NCBI GenBank assembly: GCA_963804165.1
Contig: CAWDPO010000041.1
Span: 64,001-128,000 of the forward strand
Source of the DNA: an uncultured delta proteobacterium
GTDB taxonomy: Bacteria; Desulfobacterota; Binatia; UBA9968
Direction: 5' to 3'
DNA: 64,000 nucleotides
Position numbers and translations under genes: made by a program. The first letter of the stretch is position 1; each line of letters begins with the position of its first letter. This document shows positions 21,662 to 31,646 of this stretch, in pieces. The notes beneath the pieces are model-generated. The model was given only the letters and a program-made list of their open reading frames with translations, was not told where the DNA came from and did not search any database.

Positions 21662-22266
21662 TTCAGCCTCCCGTCAAGACCGGTTTAAACGATAAATCCA
21701 TCGTGTAAAAAAGCAGCGAGATGCCGGCACTGGAGAAATCTTCCCAAAAGATGGCGGACCCTACCCGATTTCCACACTTATAGTCAACGGCAGATGGTTT
21801 TTTTGTCTCCTGGATCATTTCGCCGTGTTTGCTGCTCGAAACAATTGGAGGATGTAGATCTTCTGATGTTTACCGTGGAATGGTATGCACTGCAAAGGCA
21901 CAGTGCTGCAAAGCCACAACCAAAGCTGAGAAAGACATTTCACCACAGAGATCCCCAGAGTTCGCAGAGATCTTATGCTGGGCGCTAGATCTTGTCTGCA
22001 CGAAGCCGTTGCGGTTCGGCATCTGCATTTTAGGCAAAGTCTGGGCGTTCATCGTGTCGTTCGCCCCGATGAGCTCATTGAGCGAAAGGATGTACGATGA
22101 GTTTTCACTGAGAGTATGCGATAACGGCTTGATCCGTCAATTCCAACGCTGGCATATAGAGCGGCGGGCAGGCGGTCGATTTTCATTCGCCTATGCAATG
22201 AGAAATTAATAATATGTCCGCGAAATCCACCCGGTTGTAGCAGTCGCCTTGGTAGGGAGAGACCTT

Positions 22267-23613
22267 ATGGCTTTAAACAATAAACTCCACCAGAAAATTT
22301 CTCCGTCCGTGCAATTTCTCAAGGACGATATTTGGCGTCTGCGCGCCGACAAGCTAGAACGGAAGAAGTGTTTTTGGATCACTCACCTGAGAGTATTTCT
22401 GTTGGCAATCCGTAGATTTTATGAGGACAAGTGCGAGTTACGCGCATCGGCATTAACATTCTATTCTTTGCTTTCGATCGTGCCCGTGGTTGCGATGGCA
22501 TTCGGCGTCGCGAAAGGATTTGGCTTTGAAAAAGTGCTAGAGGCGCAGCTCCTCGCCAAACTGGAAGGCCAGCCTGAAGTGGCCGACCGGATTGTCGGTT
22601 TTGCGCGCGCTCTCCTGGAGAACACCAAAGGTGGCGCTATCGCCGGAGTGGGTGTTGTGGTTTTGTTTTGGACTGTGGTGAAAGTCTTGGGAAATATTGA
22701 AAATGCATTCAATGATATTTGGGGCGTCAAGAAAGCCAGACATCTGGGCCGTAAGGTCGCCGACTATCTATCGGTGATGGTGATCTGTCCCGTCCTTTTG
22801 ATCACCGCAAGCAGCGTGACGGTGCTCCTGACGACCCAGATTACGTCGATGATAGAGAGACTCTCTTTTCTGGGTTATGCCGCAGGCATCATCATTTTCC
22901 TTTTACGCCTTTCCCCATACGCCGTGATCTGGGTTTTGTTCACGATCATGTATGTGTTCATGCCCAACACCAAGGTTCAGATAAAATCCGGACTATGGGG
23001 CGGCATCGTGGCCGGGACCATCTATCAGGTCGCCCAGTTGGCGTATATCAAGTTCCAAATAGGGGTTTCCAGTTATGGAGCGATTTACGGTAGCTTCGCC
23101 GCGCTGCCGCTTTTCTTGGCATGGCTGCAACTCAGTTGGCTGATCGTGCTTTTCGGCGCAGAAATTTCTTTTGCTCGTCAAAATGTCGCGGCATTTGAAT
23201 TCGAAGCCGATTGTTCGAGATTGAGTCATTCCTTTAAGAGAATCGTCGCGCTTGTGACTACGCACCATTGTGTCAGAGAATTTATTCAGGAAAAAAAGCC
23301 TCCGACCGCAGAGGAAATTGCCCTGTCGCTGGAAATTCCCATCCGCTTGGTTCGATCCACTCTTTTTGAGTTGACCGAAGCTAAAGTCCTTTCGGAAGTT
23401 GGTACAAACGAACGTGTAGACGTGGCTTATCAGCCGGGGTGCCGCACCGACGACCTGACGGTGACAAAAGTAATGAGTCGCTTGGACCGGCAGGGAACGG
23501 ACGTTTTATCGATTGCAGAATCAGACAAGCTCGAACGGCTCCGGAAAGTTCTCACGGATTTCGATGAAATGAATGAGAAGTCGCCGGCAAATCTAAGGCT
23601 TCAAGAGCTTTGA
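22267..23613 (+). CDS. YihY/BrkB family membrane protein with C-terminal winged-helix domain
   Basis: ASALTFYSLLSIVP, IENAFNDIW, YGAIYGSFAALP motifs; C-terminal AEEIA...IRLVRSTL HTH. Confidence 0.88.
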   Translation: MALNNKLHQKISPSVQFLKDDIWRLRADKLERKKCFWITHLRVFLLAIRRFYEDKCELRASALTFYSLLSIVPVVAMAFGVAKGFGFEKVLEAQLLAKLEGQPEVADRIVGFARALLENTKGGAIAGVGVVVLFWTVVKVLGNIENAFNDIWGVKKARHLGRKVADYLSVMVICPVLLITASSVTVLLTTQITSMIERLSFLGYAAGIIIFLLRLSPYAVIWVLFTIMYVFMPNTKVQIKSGLWGGIVAGTIYQVAQLAYIKFQIGVSSYGAIYGSFAALPLFLAWLQLSWLIVLFGAEISFARQNVAAFEFEADCSRLSHSFKRIVALVTTHHCVREFIQEKKPPTAEEIALSLEIPIRLVRSTLFELTEAKVLSEVGTNERVDVAYQPGCRTDDLTVTKVMSRLDRQGTDVLSIAESDKLERLRKVLTDFDEMNEKSPANLRLQEL

Positions 23614-23790
23614 TGGTTGAACGTCTCATTGGATGCAAAGGTGCGAATGGAGAGTTTGCTTTCGCATCTAGAAGGCGAGCGATTGTTCTGGTAAATTCGT
23701 TTCCGGTTGTTGTTGATTTTGTGACCGTCGCGTATCTCAGCCGCTGCCATATGGCAAAATAATTCCGCTGCATCGACGAACATTCTGCCC

Positions 23791-26172
23791 ATGACGACCG
23801 CCGTCTCGGACGCTGCACAAATCAAGATTGTTCAAACCATCGCCAAGGAACTCGGCGCAGGGGCGCAACAAGTCACCGCCGCAATTGCGCTGCTTGATGA
23901 AGGTTCGACCGTCCCATTCATTGCGCGCTATCGCAAGGAAGTCACCGGTAACTTGGACGACACCCAGCTGCGCAACCTGGAAGAGAGGCTGCTCTATCTG
24001 CGTGAACTCGAAGAGCGGCGCGCGGTGATCCTGGCGTCGATCGAAGCACAGGGAAAACTCACCGACGAGCTGCGCGGCGCCGTCGAGGCGGCAGCGACCA
24101 AGCAGGTGCTGGAAGATATTTATTTGCCCTATAAGCCTAAGCGGCGCACACGCGCACAGATCGCGCGCGAGGCCGGGCTGGAACCTCTGGCTGATGCGCT
24201 ATTCGGCGATCCTCGGCTCGATCCGGAGCAGGAAGCGGCGAAGTACATCAATGACAAACCTGCGGCTGAGAACGGCGTGCCCGACGTGAAGACCGCGCTC
24301 GACGGGGCACGCGATATTCTGGTCGAGCGATTTGCCGAGACAGCGGAGCTTCTGGCCAAACTACGGGAGAGTATGTGGGCGGAGGGCGTCGTTACAGCCA
24401 AGGTGGCAAAGGGGAAAGAGACCGCTGAGGCGGAGAAGTTTCGCGACTATTACGATTACGCGGAAACGATACGGACGATTCCGTCGCACCGCGCCCTCGC
24501 GCTATTCCGCGGTCAAACTCTGGAGGTGCTGACGATTAGCTTGGGTCTAGGCGACGAACTCGAAGCCGCCCTGCCGCATCCTTGCGTTGCGATGATCGTG
24601 GCGCATTTCGGCATCGAAGAGCGCGGGCGCCCGGCCGACAAGTGGCTGGCCGACGTTTGCCAGTGGACCTGGCGCGTCCGGGCGCACTTGCACATCAGCA
24701 CCGAGCTCTTGATGCAGTTGCGCGAGGCGGCGGAAGCCGAGGCGATCAAAATCTTCGGCCGCAACCTGCATGAGCTGCTGCTGGCCGCGCCGGCAGGTCC
24801 AAAGGCTGTGCTCGGCCTCGACCCCGGCATTCGCACCGGTTGCAAAGTCGCGGTCGTCGATGCCACCGGCAAGCTGCTCGAGACGACTACGATTTATCCG
24901 CACCAACCGCGCAACGACTGGCAGGGCTCGCTGGCGACGCTGGCGCGCATGATCGTGCAGCACAATGTTGAATTGATCTCCATCGGCAACGGCACCGCCA
25001 GCCGCGAGACCGACAAGCTTGCCATCGAAGTGATCAAGTTGATTGCGTCTAAGATGCCGGAACGAAAAGTAAGTAAGATCGTCGTCAGCGAAGCGGGCGC
25101 CTCGGTCTACTCGGCGTCGGCTTTCGCCGCCGCCGAATTTCCCGAGCTCGACGTGAGTTTGCGCGGTGCGGTGTCGATTGCGCGGCGCTTGCAGGATCCG
25201 CTAGCCGAGCTGGTGAAGATCGATCCCAAGTCCATCGGCGTCGGCCAATATCAGCACGACGTCAACCAGCGCGCGTTGGCGCGCTCTCTCGACGCCACCG
25301 TCGAAGATTGCGTCAACGCGGTCGGCGTGGACGTGAACACCGCGTCGACGCCGCTGCTCGCGCGCGTGTCGGGACTGAACAGCGCGCTGGCGAAAAACAT
25401 CGTCGAATTTAGAAATACCAACGGCCCGTTCACCAATCGCAAAACGATCCGCAAAGTGCCCCGCCTGGGCGACAAAACTTTCGAGCAGGCGGCGGGGTTC
25501 CTGCGCATCAACGATGGAGATAATCCACTGGACCGGTCCGCGGTTCACCCGGAAGCTTATCCGGTGGTCGAGCGTATTCTCGCGCGCGTTGGCAAAGGTA
25601 TCAGCCAAGTCATGGGCCAACCAGCCGTGCTGAAGGGACTTTCGCCCGAAGCATTCACGGATGAAAAATTCGGTGTACCGACGATACGTGACATCCTTGC
25701 CGAGTTGGAGAAACCTGGTCGCGATCCGCGCCCCGAATTCAAAACCGCGACATTTCAAGAAGGCGTCGAGTCGCTCGCCGATTTGCAGGCCGGCATGATT
25801 CTCGAAGGTGTGGTGACCAACGTCGCCGCATTCGGGGCCTTCGTCGATATCGGCGTGCACCAGGACGGCCTCGTGCACGTTTCCGCTTTGGCGAATAGGT
25901 TCGTGAAAGATCCGCACGAAATCGTCAAACCCGGCCAAATCGTCAAAGTGAAAGTGCTGGACGTCGACGAGAAGCGCCAGCGCATCTCGCTCACCATGCG
26001 CCTCGACGAAGCTCCCGGCGCCGGAAACCAATCCAGCGCCGCGCGCACGGAGGCTAACATCGGTGCAGCACCCGTATCGAGCGACCGGCGCCCGCGCGCC
26101 GCTACACGAGCCGAGCCAAAACCGGAGGGCGTATTTGCGTTAGCGCTAGAACGCGCCAAGCAAAAAAAGTAA
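23791..26172 (+). CDS. tex: Tex family RNA-binding transcriptional accessory protein
   Basis: [43 protein letters not shown], HhH and S1 ([13 protein letters not shown]) domains. Confidence 0.95.
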   Translation: MTTAVSDAAQIKIVQTIAKELGAGAQQVTAAIALLDEGSTVPFIARYRKEVTGNLDDTQLRNLEERLLYLRELEERRAVILASIEAQGKLTDELRGAVEAAATKQVLEDIYLPYKPKRRTRAQIAREAGLEPLADALFGDPRLDPEQEAAKYINDKPAAENGVPDVKTALDGARDILVERFAETAELLAKLRESMWAEGVVTAKVAKGKETAEAEKFRDYYDYAETIRTIPSHRALALFRGQTLEVLTISLGLGDELEAALPHPCVAMIVAHFGIEERGRPADKWLADVCQWTWRVRAHLHISTELLMQLREAAEAEAIKIFGRNLHELLLAAPAGPKAVLGLDPGIRTGCKVAVVDATGKLLETTTIYPHQPRNDWQGSLATLARMIVQHNVELISIGNGTASRETDKLAIEVIKLIASKMPERKVSKIVVSEAGASVYSASAFAAAEFPELDVSLRGAVSIARRLQDPLAELVKIDPKSIGVGQYQHDVNQRALARSLDATVEDCVNAVGVDVNTASTPLLARVSGLNSALAKNIVEFRNTNGPFTNRKTIRKVPRLGDKTFEQAAGFLRINDGDNPLDRSAVHPEAYPVVERILARVGKGISQVMGQPAVLKGLSPEAFTDEKFGVPTIRDILAELEKPGRDPRPEFKTATFQEGVESLADLQAGMILEGVVTNVAAFGAFVDIGVHQDGLVHVSALANRFVKDPHEIVKPGQIVKVKVLDVDEKRQRISLTMRLDEAPGAGNQSSAARTEANIGAAPVSSDRRPRAATRAEPKPEGVFALALERAKQKK

Positions 26173-26214
26173 CGATCGACGTTTCAGGCGAAGACAGTGC
26201 TATCGCCGCACGAG

Positions 26215-26631
26215 CTAATCGTCGGTGCTGCACTCTTTCATATCCGTCTTGAGCCGATCGAAGGTTGCCGCTAATCTTTCGATCGTGCTGGCTTTATTGT
26301 AGGGCTTGAGGATGTAGTCATAGACGCCCATTTTAAGGACTGACTTAATCGATTGCGGATCGCTATTGGCTGAGATGATCACGACCGGGACATCCGCAGT
26401 TTCCTTGCGGGCGCGAATCTTCGCGAGCACGGCATCGCCGTTCATCTTCGGCAAAAGCATGTCCAGGAAAACGACCGAATAACGCTGATCCGAAAGCTTT
26501 TTCAAACCTTCCGAGCCGTCGGGCGCCGTGTCCACCTCGCAGTTGAGCCGTTTCGTCAGCAAATAGGATAACGCTTGCTGGTCGGTCGGGCTATCCTCGA
26601 TGATCAGCACGCGAAATTTTTGCTCAGACAT
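26215..26631 (-). CDS. Single-domain response regulator (CheY-like receiver)
   Basis: IIEDS, FLDMLLPKMNG phosphoacceptor, ISA, YILKP. Confidence 0.9.
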   Translation of the reverse strand: MSEQKFRVLIIEDSPTDQQALSYLLTKRLNCEVDTAPDGSEGLKKLSDQRYSVVFLDMLLPKMNGDAVLAKIRARKETADVPVVIISANSDPQSIKSVLKMGVYDYILKPYNKASTIERLAATFDRLKTDMKECSTDD

Positions 26632-26950
26632 AAGACACCTATGAGCGCGACGCAGTTGCAGCGAGGGTTAACTTTTTCAATTCTTTGTAAACTCAAGCCC
26701 GCGTGGATTGTCCAAAGCCTTCCATCTTTATATCGGCACGAAATGGCGAAACTTTTCTGGTTTTAGCAAGAAAAACGATCGCGTTTTTTGCCGTTTCGAA
26801 CCGCGGTCGAAGCAAGATTCGTGAGATCGATTCCGATAGAAGAGGCAGGATTGAATGGAGCGGCCGTGCGCGGCCGATCTAAGAAACGAGCAAAGGCCCG
26901 ACCCGTGGAGGTCGAGCCCATGCTCGATTAAATAATAGAGATCAGTGCGG

Positions 26951-27214
26951 TTAGAAAATCGCGCGAACGAGGCCGCCGACGGCGCGGAAAGGCAACGAAA
27001 TGACTTCGCCAATGACATTCACGGTTCCGCTGAGCACGCCGGTGTCTTCCGTTGTGCTGTCGGTTGTCGTGGTCGTACGCTTTTCCACGGTGACCGGCTC
27101 GCCAGTGCGTTGATCATAGGTGACCTCTTGCGTGTCCGTGCGTTGCGTGGAGCAGGCTGCCCCCAGGATCACGACCAAGAACAAGCTCAAAAAGAAATTG
27201 CATGATTTACGCAT
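26951..27214 (-). CDS. Small lipoprotein of unknown function
   Basis: GGAGAA SD; MRKS + hydrophobic stretch + LGAAC lipobox; Thr-rich linker; amphipathic C-terminus. Confidence 0.7.
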   Translation of the reverse strand: MRKSCNFFLSLFLVVILGAACSTQRTDTQEVTYDQRTGEPVTVEKRTTTTTDSTTEDTGVLSGTVNVIGEVISLPFRAVGGLVRAIF

Positions 27215-27266
27215 AACTTTCTCCTTTTCGTGGGAAAATGTTCTCGACCCACATGCCTGCAAGGCA

Positions 27267-27281
27267 GCCAAACTCGTGCCA
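27267..27281 (-). promoter_or_regulatory. Candidate sigma-54 (-24/-12) promoter for the lipoprotein gene
   Basis: TGGCACG-AGTT-TGGC on the minus strand, one mismatch to TGGCACG-N4-TTGC, ~50 nt upstream of the ATG. Confidence 0.5.
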
Positions 27282-27555
27282 ACGGATTTAAGTCCGATAC
27301 AGTCCGAGAAGCGAGACACGCCGCCGGCTTAATCCAGCAGAACATCAAACATTAATCGTCGGCGGGGTGATACTGCTGAATTGGTCCTGGGAATGGCGTC
27401 GGATTTATAACGTAAATTTCTGTCGCGTCTGAAGGTTTTTTCCTGACATCCGAAGTGTATCTACTACTCGCATTTAATAAATTGCTAGCCGAAGGATTAG
27501 GATCATGACTGTGATTGCGCTCAATCGCCTTCGCACGAAACACAGACTACGCAGG

Positions 27556-27693
27556 TCATATAATCCTCATATCCCAGCCGAGCACCTTTTCGTCGGGTCT
27601 CATCTTCCAGGACAGATTCTTCGCGGCGCCGTAGATGGACGCGAGATTGTAGAGAGGCACGAAAGGGATGTTTTCCATGAGAATATTGCCGGC
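27556..27693 (-). pseudogene. 3' fragment of a paralog of the peptide-ABC substrate-binding gene at 29756-31294
   Basis: Encodes AGNILMENIPFVPLYNLASIYGAAKNLSWKMRPDEKVLGWDMRII*; gapless alignment to 29756-29893 at an offset of exactly 2200 nt. Confidence 0.85.
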
Positions 27694-27835
27694 AGCGCGG
27701 GCGGTTTCCTTGTGTCCTAATAACTCCGTGTAGTAGTGAAGCTCCTTTGGTTGTTTTTGGCGCGGCTCGAAGCTTACAATTTTGACTCGATCTGATATTT
27801 CTCTGGATATCCAATCCGGTTAGTAAGGAGCAGAC

Positions 27836-28258
27836 ATGGCGAATCCAAAACAAATCGTGCAGCCTTCAGACTTACCCGTTCGCAAATCTCATTCGCAGGT
27901 CGTCGCCGTTACCGGCGGGACGCTGGTGTTCATAGCCGGCATGACATCGCGGAGCGAGAAAGATGCTACGCCGGTTCATCCCGGCGACATGCGAGCGCAG
28001 CTGCGCCAGGTGTGCGAAAACATCGGCCGCGCTTTGCGTTCCGTGGGCGGCGATTATTCAGATGTAGTCAAGACGACGACTTTTACCATTGACGTCGACG
28101 AATACCATCGCGTGAGAGACGAACGTTACAAGTATTTTACCAGCGACTTTCCTACCAGCGCATTGATCGGAGTAAAGCGGCTTGCCGACCCGGCCCTGAT
28201 GGTAGAGATCGAGTGCGTGGCGGTGATACCGACGGAACGCTTCAAACCAGCCAGCTAA
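27836..28258 (+). CDS. RidA/YjgF family protein
   Basis: LVFIAG, DVVKTT, PTSALIGV..LA....VEIE; AAGGAG SD. Confidence 0.88.
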   Translation: MANPKQIVQPSDLPVRKSHSQVVAVTGGTLVFIAGMTSRSEKDATPVHPGDMRAQLRQVCENIGRALRSVGGDYSDVVKTTTFTIDVDEYHRVRDERYKYFTSDFPTSALIGVKRLADPALMVEIECVAVIPTERFKPAS

Positions 28259-28317
28259 CATCGAGAGATCGAGTAGTCAGTCATTTTGGTGGACTCGATG
28301 CAGTAAATTCGTGGCAA

Positions 28318-28524
28318 GAAGATTTCTTCCTTGCGCTAGACGGCGTGAAAACTCTCTCGGAGCCCTTCGACCGCGCTCAGGGCGAACGGATAAGTACTCA
28401 ATTTCTACTGAGACCACTCCTTTCGTAGTGAGCTTAGTCAAACTATCAACGCGGTTTTCACACAGTCCGGTACTCAGAATGACACTTGCTTGGAACTGTC
28501 ATCCTGAACGAAGTGAAGGATCTG
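28318..28524. repeat. Cluster of REP-like palindromic elements
   Basis: CCCTTCGACCGCGCTCAGGGCGAACGG plus degenerate partner, bounded by GTGAAAAC/GTTTTCAC; CTCAGAATGACA; TGTCATCCTGAACGAAGTGAAGGATCTG (28497-28524). Confidence 0.75.
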
Positions 28525-28604
28525 TTGTCCAATTGCGTCACGATAGGATCGGGAGCACGGCGAATCAAACGCGATACTGCTGCGAGGAAAAAAACAAACT
28601 CGAT

Positions 28605-29579
28605 CTAAGGAGCTTTGCCAATTCCCAAGTCGCGTTGGGCTTCCTTTAGAATCGAAAGGTCGATCACCGTTTCCGGCATGATGTCGGCCGAAAGTTTGAG
28701 CTCTTCCCTGGTGGCCGCGAGGAGGTTCTTTAAGCCGTTGTCCGTGGGTATGCCGTTGCGGCCGAAGATCTTCACTCCCAGGTCATAGGCCTCAGTGGCG
28801 CTGGCAGCGGGCATTTTGAACGATTGGGTCAATAGCGCTTTGGCTCCCTCGCGATCGTCATTGACGAAGCGCAGCGCGTGGAGTAGGGCGCGCAAGACGC
28901 GTCGCGCTTCATCGCGCTTATCCTTGATCCTTTTTTCCGTCGTACCCAATCCTCCCATAGGCATGTCTACGATATCTCCGGCGTAGACCAATACGTTGAG
29001 TCCCTGCTCTTTAGATCGCACGGCAAAATCAGGAGGCAGGAGCGTTGCATGGATGGCCCGGCCGACCAATGCGGAAAAACGTATGGAGTCCGGTCCAAGC
29101 GCGCGGATAGCGACATCCTTTGGAACGCTCAGGCCGTAGAATTCCAGCACCTGTCTGGTGATGTAATGGGCAGCTCCGCCAAAAGATGAAACGGCAACCG
29201 TGCGCCCATGAAGCTCTTTGGCTTGCTTGATCTCCGGCAAAGTCACGAGATAATAGATCGGCTTGGCCACGTAATTGAAAAGGCTCTTGACGCCGCCGCC
29301 CCGTACGGCGGTGGCGATGATCCGCGAATTATGCGTGATGTAATCTACGTCGCCGGAAAGCAGCGCTGCGACGGCAGGCGACCCGGCGATCTGAACGAGC
29401 TCCACGTTAAGTCCTTCGGCGCGAAAGAAGCCCCGTTTGCTAGCTGCGAACAATGGCAGTTCTTGAAAAGCGACGGATGGAAAGCCAATCCGAATGGCCC
29501 GCTCTTGGGCCGCGCCGTTGCCTGCAAGCAAAATGACGACGAGCAGAAACAGAGGGAATGTAATTGTTGCAGCTTTCAT
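28605..29579 (-). CDS. ABC transporter substrate-binding protein (NitT/TauT/SsuA-like)
   Basis: Signal peptide; A..RGFFRAEGLNVEL, ALLSGDVD, LHGRTVAVSSFG. Confidence 0.85.
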   Translation of the reverse strand: MKAATITFPLFLLVVILLAGNGAAQERAIRIGFPSVAFQELPLFAASKRGFFRAEGLNVELVQIAGSPAVAALLSGDVDYITHNSRIIATAVRGGGVKSLFNYVAKPIYYLVTLPEIKQAKELHGRTVAVSSFGGAAHYITRQVLEFYGLSVPKDVAIRALGPDSIRFSALVGRAIHATLLPPDFAVRSKEQGLNVLVYAGDIVDMPMGGLGTTEKRIKDKRDEARRVLRALLHALRFVNDDREGAKALLTQSFKMPAASATEAYDLGVKIFGRNGIPTDNGLKNLLAATREELKLSADIMPETVIDLSILKEAQRDLGIGKAP

Positions 29580-29755
29580 GAAAAGTTGTTCAACCTCTGC
29601 GCGCCGAGCGATTGCTGCGAGGCCTAATCCAGAAATATGGAGCGTCAAGAGAAGACCTAGTCTGCTCTCGTTTGTATCCAAGATCTCAATCGATCGCTGA
29701 GAAGAAGCGAACTTCACAATCGCTATTTCCCGCAATAGACAACCCGCTTCCCGGA

Positions 29756-31294
29756 TCACGCGATTTTCATATCCCAACCGAGCACTTTTTCGTCGGGTCT
29801 CATTTTCCAGGAGAGGTTTTTCGCCGCGCCGTAGATGGACGCGAGATTGTAGAGCGGCACGAACGGGATGTCGTCCATAAGTATTTTTCCCGCCTGCTGC
29901 AACAGGGCGACGCGTTTCTTGGGGTCGGCGATCATTTGCTCTTCATCGATGAGTTTGTCGAACGCGGGATTGCTGTAATTGCAGCGTTTGGTGGTGCCGG
30001 TGCGAAAATACTGATCGTAGAACGTATCCGCGTCGGTCAATGAGCCGCGATTGTTGTAATAGAAGGGCAGCTTACCGCCGTTGACGCCTTCCGGTCCCCA
30101 GAACAGCGCCCATTCCTGCGAGATGAGTTCCACTCGAAAGCCGCCCTTGACCATCTGGGCCGCGACCGCCTGGCAGACTTCGCGGTCTTTAGGATAGCGG
30201 CCAGCGGAATAGTAGAGCGGCACATCGCAGCCGTTGGGATAGCCGGCCTGCGCCAAAAGTTGTTTCGCTTTCTGCGGATCGTACGGATAGCGTTTCAGTT
30301 TGGGATCTGCGCCGATGACACGCGGTCCGACCGGACCATCGACCGTGTAGCCAATGCCATCGAAAATATTTTTGACGATGGCCGGCGCGTCGACGCAGTA
30401 GTTGATCGCCTGACGCACGAGCTTGTTGTCGAAAGGCTTGTAGGCGACGTTCATCATCAGAAAATACATCTCCAAGCCTTCGATCTGGTCGACGCGGATG
30501 CGCGGATGACGCTGCAAGCGCGCCACTTCATGGACAGGAACGGCGTTGATGAAGTCTGCCTGGCCCGACTCCAACGCCGCCAGGCGCGCCGCATCCTCAG
30601 TGACTTTGCGAAAGACTACTTCTTTGATCGCTGCCTTGCCGCCCCAGTAGTCGTCGTTGCGGGTGAACACTATATTGCCGCCGCGCTGGAAACTGACGAA
30701 TTTATAGGGACCGGTGCCGACGAGATTCTGATACAACTGATCGCCGTACTTATCGCCGGCGACTTTGCTGACGAGGTAACGGTTGCGCAATCGATCGAGG
30801 AAAATCGCGAGAGGCTGCTTGGTGACGAAGATTACCGTGTGATCGTCCGGCGTTTGGATTTCAGTCACGTCGTTGAAATTCGACGCTTGCAAGCTGCCGC
30901 CTTTTTCGTCGCGCATCTTCTCCACCGAGAACACGACATCTTTCGAAGTCAGCGGCGCGCCGTTGTGAAATTTGACGCCCTTTCGCAGTTTGAACACCCA
31001 GCGTTTCCCTTGAAACTCCCACGACTCGGCGAGGACGCCGACCCAAGTTTTTTTGGTATAGTCCAATTCCACCAGCGGCTCGATGACATGCTGCCAGTTG
31101 CCATAGATCGAGCCGGAACTTTGTTGATAGGGATTGATCGAGTCGGCGACGGTATTTTGATAGATCGTGACGCGGTCTCTGGATGCCGCATGCGCGTTGC
31201 GGAAAGGATAAGGCGCTGCCAATACCCCGACGCCGAGCGCGGCGCTCGTCTTGAAAAAATCTCTGCGGCTAATCTCCCTGGTTTCGTTAGCCAT
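29756..31294 (-). CDS. Peptide/nickel ABC substrate-binding protein (family 5), Tat-exported
   Basis: SRRDFFK twin-arginine motif; LAESWE, FKLRKGVKFHNG, GTGPYK, VRQAINY; AAGGAG SD. Confidence 0.9.
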   Translation of the reverse strand: MANETREISRRDFFKTSAALGVGVLAAPYPFRNAHAASRDRVTIYQNTVADSINPYQQSSGSIYGNWQHVIEPLVELDYTKKTWVGVLAESWEFQGKRWVFKLRKGVKFHNGAPLTSKDVVFSVEKMRDEKGGSLQASNFNDVTEIQTPDDHTVIFVTKQPLAIFLDRLRNRYLVSKVAGDKYGDQLYQNLVGTGPYKFVSFQRGGNIVFTRNDDYWGGKAAIKEVVFRKVTEDAARLAALESGQADFINAVPVHEVARLQRHPRIRVDQIEGLEMYFLMMNVAYKPFDNKLVRQAINYCVDAPAIVKNIFDGIGYTVDGPVGPRVIGADPKLKRYPYDPQKAKQLLAQAGYPNGCDVPLYYSAGRYPKDREVCQAVAAQMVKGGFRVELISQEWALFWGPEGVNGGKLPFYYNNRGSLTDADTFYDQYFRTGTTKRCNYSNPAFDKLIDEEQMIADPKKRVALLQQAGKILMDDIPFVPLYNLASIYGAAKNLSWKMRPDEKVLGWDMKIA

Positions 31295-31344
31295 GGGATT
31301 CTCCTTCAAGCTTCATTCGTACCTTCATGCTACCAACTAGCTTT

Positions 31345-31441
31345 TGTCATTCTGAGGAGTATAGCGACGAAGAATCTGCTTTGGGTCTTCATGGTTTGAT
31401 CAGATTCTATAATTTCCAAACCAGATGCTTCACTTCGTTCA
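31345..31441. repeat. REP-like dyad whose right arm is interrupted by the IS (continues at 32758-32766)
   Basis: Left arm TGTCATTCTGAG...AAGAATCTG; right arm CAGATGCTTCACTTCGTTCA|GCATGACA once the IS is removed. Confidence 0.8.
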
Positions 31442-31459
31442 TCTATGAAAGCTTTGTCA

Positions 31460-31646
31460 AGGTGGCTGATATTCACATATCGATATTCCGTCAAAGGTTT
31501 TGAACAAACTTACTCATATCGTCCGTAGTCCTGCGCACCCGATGTTATCGGACTCATCTATTCGCCGTCTTAAGCGGCAGAGGAAAATGCCACAGGGCTG
31601 TCGCAATCAGCATTCGAGCCTTGTTTGGCTCATGAGCGAAACGCGC
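31460..31646 (-). ncRNA. Putative bridge/seek RNA in the IS right non-coding end (boundaries approximate)
   Basis: Two parallel hairpin+GA+guide modules with segments identical to the target (ATGCTGA) and donor-junction (ATAGATGA) sequences. Confidence 0.65.

Noticed and set aside
21700-22250. Short ORFs in the gap before the YihY-family gene
   Set aside because: No motifs; the region contains degenerate repeat-like sequence (CACCACAGAG...CAGAG) and probable promoters
27556-29893. Diversity-generating retroelement TR/VR pair
   Set aside because: Mismatches are mostly synonymous and not adenine-specific on either strand; no reverse transcriptase in the window
30260-31399. Long antisense ORFs (also 9645-10532, 25201-26031, 39751-40638, 50024-50905 and others)
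   Set aside because: They mirror well-supported genes; expected from GC-rich codon bias
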